A program made the position numbers and the translations under genes. Below, piece after piece: positions 53,809 through 64,000 of a stretch of 64,000 nucleotides of DNA (positions are counted from its first letter, which is position 1; every line of letters begins with the position of its first letter). The notes under the pieces were generated by a model. It was not told where the DNA came from and ran no database searches. It saw only the letters and a program-made list of their open reading frames with translations. The DNA lies in assembly GCA_951406725.2 (NCBI GenBank), contig OX597820.1, positions 104,780,001-104,844,000 of the forward strand, in the 5' to 3' direction. The DNA comes from Octopus vulgaris (taxonomy: Eukaryota).

Positions 53809-55074
53809 TGTGTTGTAAGTGCTTGTGTATGTGAGTATTGTTTCTATAATTCGAAGGTCTAGCTTTGTTACATCATGTTACACTGGTTCTGCCTGAGAAT
53901 TGTGTTAAAGAAAGATGTGTCTGTGCAATGCACAGCCGCTTGGATGATAATTTCACGAGTTGGGAAATCCTTTGGTCGAAAAACTTGTCGAATCCGACGG
54001 AAAACCCACCATTGTTGTAAAACGTTTTACAAGACAGAGCAATTAAAATAAAATATTAGTTTTGGTTTTACTTACAAAAGAAAAACTGAAACATGTAGAC
54101 CGTCATAATTTTCTTAATGGCAAAGAGAGGCTTCTTCGTTTTTTTATTATAATTTCATTCAAATCTAAGATGATTTTAGGAATATGAAATCGACCCTGCA
54201 TTTGACTGGTTCTTTATTTTATCGATTTCGGAAAGATGAAAGGCAAAGATTACTTCAATGAGATTTGAAGTTAGAATGTAAAGTGCTGTAACTAAACATG
54301 GCAGTGTCCAACACTCTAATGTCTTCAAACAATAAGGAAGCTTCAGTGCGATCAGTCGATCTGCCAGAAAATGAAACCAAATTTCCCTTAAATTACATCC
54401 TCTTGAAAGGAAGGGCATATTGGCTGTCATGATCCTGGATACACTATTACTGAGAAGAAAAGTTATAACAGTCGCGGTTGGAGGGCATTCAAACAAATCT
54501 AAGTGTAGTCAATGCTTAACCAGGCCAAACAACATCTCAGAATTTGAAACGGTGTTGCGGCTTCGACTAGCCAGAAAATCGCCTCTTATTCTTCGGCACT
54601 CGCCTTTGAGGCTGATAAGATGTTGATTCTTTTTGATGAGGCAGTAACGAAAAAACTTGTGCTTTTTTGTGTTTTATTGATTTCTAATCTTGGTAGAGCC
54701 AGTTTGCGATCAAGTTGACAAGCTTCACTTTAAAATAGCGCAGGCAAAGCCGTGAGATTTTTTTAAAAATTGCCAGGCAATAATGTGGTTCTATTCCATT
54801 GCTTGTACGGATCAACCAAGGCTTCGTGAATGAAATCTGGTTGACGAAAACAATAGAGCACATTTGATGGATCGGTACAGTCGATGAGCAATGGAGGAAA
54901 TCCATCATCTTGATCATCTTGATCCAACGCCAGGCTCACACCTCCTCTTGTTCCTTTAATGGAGACCATCCTGTTGCAAATATTTGGGACAAATCTCCAC
55001 TCCCAGGTCAACGTCTTCCATTCCTCCCACCAGTTAAGGAAACCATTCTTCAAATCGACCGTTCGCGATATAGT

Positions 55075-55317
55075 AAGAAGAAGGAGGAGGAGGAGGATGA
55101 GGAGGAGAAGAAGAAGAAGAAGAAGAAGAAGAAGAAGAAGAAGAACAACAACAACAACAACAACAACAACAAGAACAAGAAGAAGAACAAGAAGAAGAAC
55201 AAGAAGAAGAACAAGAAGAACAAGAAGAACAAGAAGAACAAGAAGAAGAAGAAGAAGAAGAAGAAGAAGAAGAAGAAGAAGAAGAAGAAGAAGAAGAAGA
55301 AGAAGAAGAAGAAGAAA
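55075..55317. repeat. Compound (GAG)/(AAG)/(AAC) microsatellite
   Basis: Directly visible. Confidence 0.95.
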
Positions 55318-55669
55318 AATTGTTTCAAGTTTAGTTGCAAGTAAATCATTCCAACCATGACCACTCCTTTTTTCAGGTTTAAGTGTCCTTATTGCATTTT
55401 ATCTTTTGGCAAGACGGAAGAGTTTGTGTCTCCAATTCTTCATTCAGAACGCCAGGTCTTTGAAATTCACTCCGTACCTATGTATTGAAACGCAGTATCA
55501 ATCTGGGGGGTTTTCTAGACACCACCGTAAGAAGGGAGATGGAGGATTTAGCAAGTGCCCCAGCAAGAAGTGGCAGTGAATTTGATTGGTACCACTACAA
55601 GAGGGGAATGGTAGATTTGATGGGTACCACTATAAGAAGGAATGTGGCAGATTTGGTAGGTAGTTGTTT

Positions 55670-56030
55670 CAGTGGTTTGACTGCGGCCATGCTGGACCAC
55701 CGCCTTTAGTCGAAGAAATCGACCCCAGTACTTATTCTTTCTATGCCTAGTAATTATTCTATCGGTCTCTTTTGCCGAACCGCTAAGTTTCGGGGGCGTA
55801 AGCACTCTAACATCGGCTGTCAAGCGATGCCGGGGGGGGACAAACACAGACACACACGCGCATAAATATATATATATATATATATACGATGGCCTTCTTT
55901 CAGTTTCCACTCACAAGGCTTTGGTCGACCCGTGGCTATAGTAGAAGCCACTTGCCCAAGGTGCCACGCGGTGGGACTGAACCAGGAACCATGTTGTTGG
56001 GAAGCAAGCTTCTTACCACACAGCCACGCT
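55670..56030 (-). mobile_element. tRNA-derived SINE (OR-like)
   Basis: Colinear with 27955-28320. Confidence 0.85.
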
Positions 56031-56689
56031 AAGTTTGTGCAAGAACCAATGGTAAAGAAATGTTTGTGTAAGGTTTTTTATGTAGTAACGGTGTTAGTGT
56101 AATATCTATAACTTAGAAGTAGTAAATTTGTGTAGGATTCACGTTTATGTTATAATATTTCCTTTGTTTACTTCAAAAATTATTTTCTACAGAACTATTT
56201 ACCATGATTTTCTGGAGATTTCTACCAATCTAAATAAAACATTAGAATTATTGCTGTTGTCCCTGTAGCTAACGCCAGATAAAATCGATATAGTACAATT
56301 GTAATCAAAGTCATTCCATCCGTGATCATCCCATCTTGTTCTTATGCGCAGCGATTCCAAGGCTACATTATTCATAGTTGTCCTTCCTTTCGAAATTTTT
56401 GCGTATGATTTGAGGGTAAACTGGCAGCTATTTCTAGTTGGTTGTACGACCCGGCAAGTAAACAATACGATGTTTCGTAGGTAAAGTAGATGTTAGAATA
56501 TTTAATACATTGGAACAGGTGTTGGATGTGATTGTAAAAGAAACTAAACCATGTTCCACTTCACCTTCTGCAAAACCATTATCATTATTTTCAACACCAT
56601 TACCATCAACATCACTACCAAGATTCACCACCTCATCGTCGTCGTCGTCATCGACATCATCACCAACACTGTCATCTTTATCACTACGA

Positions 56690-56719
56690 TGACTACGATG
56701 ACGACCATGATAATGAGAT

Positions 56720-56792
<73 letters not shown>

Positions 56793-56794
56793 AC

Positions 56795-56863
<69 letters not shown>

Positions 56864-57339
56864 AATGATGATGATGGCGACGAAGATGATGATGATATCG
56901 ACGGTGGAAGCGGCGGCAAAATCGATTACGACGGGGTGGAGGAGGAGGGGCAGGTGGAGGCGGCAGCAGCGGCATCGGCGGCAACAGCGTCAGCGACGGC
57001 GGCAACAGCGTCAGCGACGGCGGCAACAGCGTCAGCGACGGCGGCAACAGCGTCAGCGACGGCGGCAACGGTGGCCACGATGTCAACGGTGGCGGCGACG
57101 GCTATAATGCCTTTAATCTAAGATCTGCTGAATCAGGGCTGACCTGAAGTTAAACAACAATATCAACGTCATTGTCATGATTAGAATCACCACCATCTTT
57201 GATCGCCTTCATTATCAATATCAAATTCGTAATCACAGTTGTCATTGTCAGCATCACCATCGTCGTGTCACCATCATCATTCATCATCATCATCATCATC
57301 ATCATCGCCATCATCATCATCATTATCATCATCGTCGTC

Positions 57340-57372
<33 letters not shown>

Positions 57373-57375
57373 GTT

Positions 57376-57407
<32 letters not shown>

Positions 57408-57426
57408 AATCATCATCATCATCGTT

Positions 57427-57479
<53 letters not shown>

Positions 57480-57582
57480 AATCATCATCATCATCGTTAT
57501 CATCATCATCATCATCATCATCATCAATCATCATCATCATCGTCATCATCATCATCATCATCATCGTTATCGTCATTATCAT
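56690..57582. repeat. (GAC/GAT)n, 21-bp minisatellite (gcggcaacagcgtcagcgacg x4) and (CAT)n
   Basis: Directly visible; the (GAT)n and (CAT)n blocks are mutually complementary. Confidence 0.9.
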
Positions 57583-58394
57583 CGGCAGGAGCAGTAGTAT
57601 CGCCTTCAATTTCGCCTCGTTTTTTAACGTCTGTATGTTATTCTCGATTTCTTTGAATATCACTCTTTTCTTCTTTTTCTTCTTCATCGTCTTCTTCTTC
57701 CTCCTCCTACTCCTCCTGCTAGTTCTACACCTCTTTTTTCCTTTTTCTTCTATTTCTTCCCCTTCTACTGCCAATTCTTTTTTCTTGCTCATCTCTTCCT
57801 CTACTAATTTTTTCTTTCTTCCCTTTTTTCCTTTCGCTCTACTTTCGCTATTCCTCCATTTTCTTCTGATCCTTCTTCTTCTCCTTCCCCTTCTCTTTCA
57901 TATTCTTCTCTTTTTCCCTATTATTCTTCCCTTGCATCTTCTTTTTCATCTTCGTCTGCTCCTTTTCCTCCTTATTCTTGCTCTTCTCTTTTTTTTTTCT
58001 TCACCATCATCCTTTCCATTACCTAGTAACCTGTAGGAAAGTCAGAAGTTAAGCTTATTTATCAAAGTAACATCAAACAAGATTTTTTTTCTCCCTACAG
58101 AAATAATGTCAGTCCCCCGTCAGTCACTGCCCATTATATCTCCGTGCATGTATATGCAAGCCTAGACACGAATTTTTCAAAGACTAGCAAGTTGCCCATG
58201 CACACAAGTCACGCTTCTCCACGCCTCCGATGTTTATTCTAGGACTGCCGACTTGGAAGTAGGGGTGAAATAAGGCATAAGATTACTAATACAACCGATT
58301 CTAAAAGGGAAAAACGTTTGTGTGACACGAGTACCACAATGTGTATGTGTGTGTGCGCATGTATGTATATATATATATATATATGTACGTGTGC

Positions 58395-58442
<48 letters not shown>

Positions 58443-58789
58443 GCATACATACATACATTCAAATATGTGTGTATGCATATATATATATATATATGTATAT
58501 ATGCATATATGTGTGTATGTGTATATGTATATATATATATATATATAAATATACATATACATGCACACACTCAAATATGTGTGTATGCATATATGTATGT
58601 ATGCATGCTTAAATGTATGTATGTATGCATGTAGATGTAGGTGTTTGTATATGTGATGTTATTACGATTGCAACAAACAAAAGAGAAACCAAGATACCCA
58701 GAGACTACAAACATCGCTGGTAGCATTCTACCATGATCATTTAGATAAGCACCTAAATTCAAACATATGTGTATATGTGTGTGTGAAGG

Positions 58790-59200
58790 GTACGTAGTAA
58801 ATATACAAGCATAGTAAATCTGCCTATTTCTGCATATGTTCAAAAAAATTATGAGCCACTTTAATCGATTATTCAACGCTTATTGGCGTCTCATCAGGGA
58901 TACGTACATCAATTTGACTAATCTCAGTGAAACAACTAGTGAGTCTGTTTATATACACAACAAATCCAGTAGCTTCTGAGAACTGGATCTAGTAGTGTGC
59001 ATACCAAAAGTATAAAACATTCTAATATCAGAGGCCTGGCAACTGGGAATCCAATCTACACAGTACCAAGGTAGGATATAATATACGTAAACCTGTCTAG
59101 TAGACATAAAAGCGAGGCAAATTTATCTATTTCGCAGTAGACTAAAAAAAATGATGAACAACCATAATCGACTTTCAACTATTGGGGACTCGTTAACAGG
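58790..59200 (-). mobile_element. Second, diverged locus of the ~290-300-bp hammerhead tandem repeat
   Basis: Shares ctgtttatatac, ggcctg.caac, acacagtaccaaggta.gatataat with 12268-12712; HHR remnants at 58859-58900 and 59163-59200. Confidence 0.7.
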
Positions 59201-59234
59201 AAAAACATCGTTAACAGAATCCAAAACATAAGTA

Positions 59235-59404
<170 letters not shown>

Positions 59405-59455
59405 CTTATGTTTTGGATTCTGTTTTTCCTGTTAACGAGTCCCCAATAGTTGAAA

Positions 59456-61192
<1,737 letters not shown>

Positions 61193-61279
61193 ATATATTA
61201 TATATTATGAAATTTGATTTTGAATTGCTAAATTGAATTTTCCCTATAAGTTTGGAATTATATTTCCTATTATTATTAA

Positions 61280-61343
<64 letters not shown>

Positions 61344-61375
61344 GTATGTATGTACGTACGTATATATATATATAT

Positions 61376-61428
<53 letters not shown>

Positions 61429-62231
61429 TAGATATATACATATATATATATACGTGTGTATGTGTATTAATTGGCAGAAGTTACAAAATGACGAGCTTTC
61501 TGCAAATGGTATTTATCTGTCTATTATAGGTTGAGAGAAACAGAGAGAGCTATACAAATACACTTACACATGCATAAATTACACACAAACGCACGTACAC
61601 ACACAAGAGCACGCACGTGTGCGCACGCGCACGCACACACACATACACACATACACACACATACACGAGCTTAGCGGATTAGATGGCAGGCGACTCTCTT
61701 GAGCTCATCCATCCTTTGACAGATTCTATTTTCCGTCTAAAAATGTGCCAAAAATACTAGTTTAGTTGCCAACGTCTCGATTATGCAACAAGTAGTGCAT
61801 GTGTTATTACGTATGTATAAATAAATGCACTAATACATAAGTGTGGCCGATGGAGTCACAGATCTTACAAACAGAGACCTGCTACAGATAATCATGTATT
61901 TTCGTCATTCATCCTCTTGACCTCAGGAAAGGAGTTTATTAATTTCCAAAAAGTACAAAACACTTATCTCCTTCAAAGTAGGATCTTCTGATTTCAATGT
62001 ACTTTTAGCGCTCCCCTGGCAAACAAAATGTCTAATTCAAAATTTCTCTCGAAATCAAAATTTGAAAAGCGATAGCGAAACCGGTTATTATGTTGGAAGA
62101 AAAAATCTCATTTTGCACAATATTGTATAATACTTTTGCTATTATGATTCTAATATATTCTTTAGTCTTATAAAACAAATATTCTCTGCTTTTCATCTTA
62201 TTTCTTTCCATGTATTATATATATATATATA

Positions 62232-63481
62232 GGATCGGCTGAAAAGTTCATAAGCTGATCAAGATACTTTCATGAAATGTGACCGAAAGAGGTTTATTTT
62301 TCAATATAGTCCCCACTTGCAGTCCACACACTCTTTCCATCGGTGTTGCAGCATTTGGATCTCACTGGTGAAGAAGATTTCATCCTGTTGGTAAAAAAAA
62401 AGGTCATCAATGACGTCATCATCAGTGCGATATTGTTTCTCAGCCAAATGCATTCTCTTGTCGGCGAACAGATGCTAGTGTGATGGGGCCAAATCATAAG
62501 AATAAGAAGAGTGCCCAACCAATTCAAAATCACAGCTACCACAGCTGTCACAGCAGCAACTGAAGCCAATGACTTGTGTACTGGAGCATTGTTATAACGA
62601 AACAAGACTCCTTTCGTCAGTTTTCCTTGGCATTTGGTCATGATAGCCTTTCGTAACTAGCTCCGCAAGTTGGCATAGTACACTCCATTGATGGTGCGGC
62701 CCTTTTGAAGATTAGTTAATAAACACAGTACCTTTCGCATCCAAAAAATTTGAGACCATCATCTTCCCTGCAGATGAACTGACCTTAGATTTCTTTGGAG
62801 CAGGAGAGGCGGAATGTTTCCACTGCATGGATTGTCTCTGTTTTTTTTTTTTTTTTTGGCTCAAAGTGATGGAGCCAACATTCATCCTGAGCTAGAAAGC
62901 TTTTATCTCCCTCAAACAATGTCATATTTTCCTGTTATATGATCAGCCAGGTGAACTTTTGATCAAGTATCATAAGAAGTGGTGCCCACCGAGCAGAAAC
63001 CTTTATTATGCCAAGTTCATTCACAGAATATACTTATAGCATTGGCTATTTCATTTATAGTCAATCACCTATCACCCATCAACATGTCTTCTTTGGTGTG
63101 GCAGCTGCAGGACGTCCAGGCCTTAGGTCATCTTCCAGACTCTCCCTTCCCTTCCTAATTTCAGCTGCACACTTTTTCACTGTTGATAAAGCTGGAGCGC
63201 CATCTCCTAATGTAGCAACCATGTCAGCACGAATGTCCTCGGGGTTAAACCCTTTTTCTGAAAGTACTTGATAACACCACAAAGCCAAATTCTGTCCATT
63301 TTCAAGAGAAGTCGCTACTAGTTACTTTTGAAGACTTCTTTGAACAGTCAGGTGTCATTTTACCAGGAAAAAAACAACCCAGTTGATAAGAAAAGGAGTT
63401 GAAATTAATGCATGCAAGATTTCACAACTCTAGCATCACTCCTTCATAGCCAGTCTATAAAATTTTCACCTTACCTTTGTA
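62232..63481 (-). mobile_element. Mariner transposon, decayed
   Basis: GDGAPALSTVKK..RKGRESLEDDLRPGRP; GVLFRYNNAPVHKS; SGDYIEK; degenerate TIRs ggatcggctgaaaagttcata / tataaaattttcaccttacc. Confidence 0.8.
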
Positions 63482-63489
63482 TATGCATA

Positions 63490-63945
63490 CGACGGGATTC
63501 TTTCAGTTTCCCTCTACCAAATTTACTGAAAAGGCCTTAGTCTCTTCGGGACTACTGTAGAAGACACTTGCCCAAGGTGCTACGCAGTGAGACTGAACTC
63601 GGAACAGTTTGGTAGGGAACCATGTGAATGGATTGGCAGACGGAACTCGGAACCATGTGAGTTGATTTGGCAGACGGAAACTGAATAAAGCTCGTCGTAT
63701 ATGTGTGTGTGTGTGTGTGTGTGTTTGTGTGTTTGTGCCTGTTTATGTAATCCCCTCTATCACTTGACATCCGATGTTGGTGTGTTTACGTCCCATAACT
63801 TAGAAGTTCGGCAAAAGAGACCAATAGAATAAGTACTGAGCTTACAAAGACTAAATCCTGGAGTTAATTTGTTCGATTAAAACCCCTTTAGATGGTGCTC
63901 CAGCATGGCCGCAATCGGATGACTGAAACAACTGAAAGAAAAGAA
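63490..63945. mobile_element. Two SINE fragments in opposite orientation
   Basis: Minus-strand fragment 63490-63605 and plus-strand fragment ~63620-63945. Confidence 0.65.
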
Positions 63946-63969
63946 TAACAGAATGTGTGTATGTGTATA

Positions 63970-64000
<31 letters not shown>

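Noticed and set aside
56690-57582. Poly-amino-acid host exon in the trinucleotide block
   Set aside because: No non-repetitive coding context or clear splice structure.
58084-58272. Strong splice-acceptor-like site (ttttttctccctacag) followed by unique sequence
   Set aside because: All three frames stop within 50 codons with no recognisable protein. It could be a non-coding or terminal exon but cannot be supported without RNA data.

Overview
AT-rich, microsatellite-saturated eukaryotic DNA, probably intergenic or intronic. The tRNA-derived SINEs resemble the Octopus/cephalopod OK- and OR-type families (recognised from memory, not searched). I find no credible host gene, and nearly all listed ORFs are microsatellite artefacts. 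The window is a mosaic of decayed mobile elements: Penelope-like elements (PLEs; Neptune-type and Hydra-like RT + GIY-YIG), a near full-length HERO-like RT/RLE retrotransposon, R4/Dong-like fragments in (TAA)n, RTE and Tx1 LINE 3' ends, Tc1 and mariner copies, a hAT relic and MITE, non-autonomous Helitrons and many SINEs. The main signal not shown by the ORF track is about 25 minimal type I hammerhead-ribozyme-like (HHR) motifs from more than a dozen families, each with its own palindromic stem III. Two unrelated families carry a swapped G3-C8 core (GUGAnCA) and one carries U4C. The window also contains a ~286-nt tandem retrozyme-like repeat, many outward-facing palindromic insertions in (TA)n, local inverted templated copies of neighbouring DNA, and a hammerhead-shaped non-canonical motif at Hydra-like PLE 3' ends. 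All folds and alignments were done by eye, so element boundaries are approximate.
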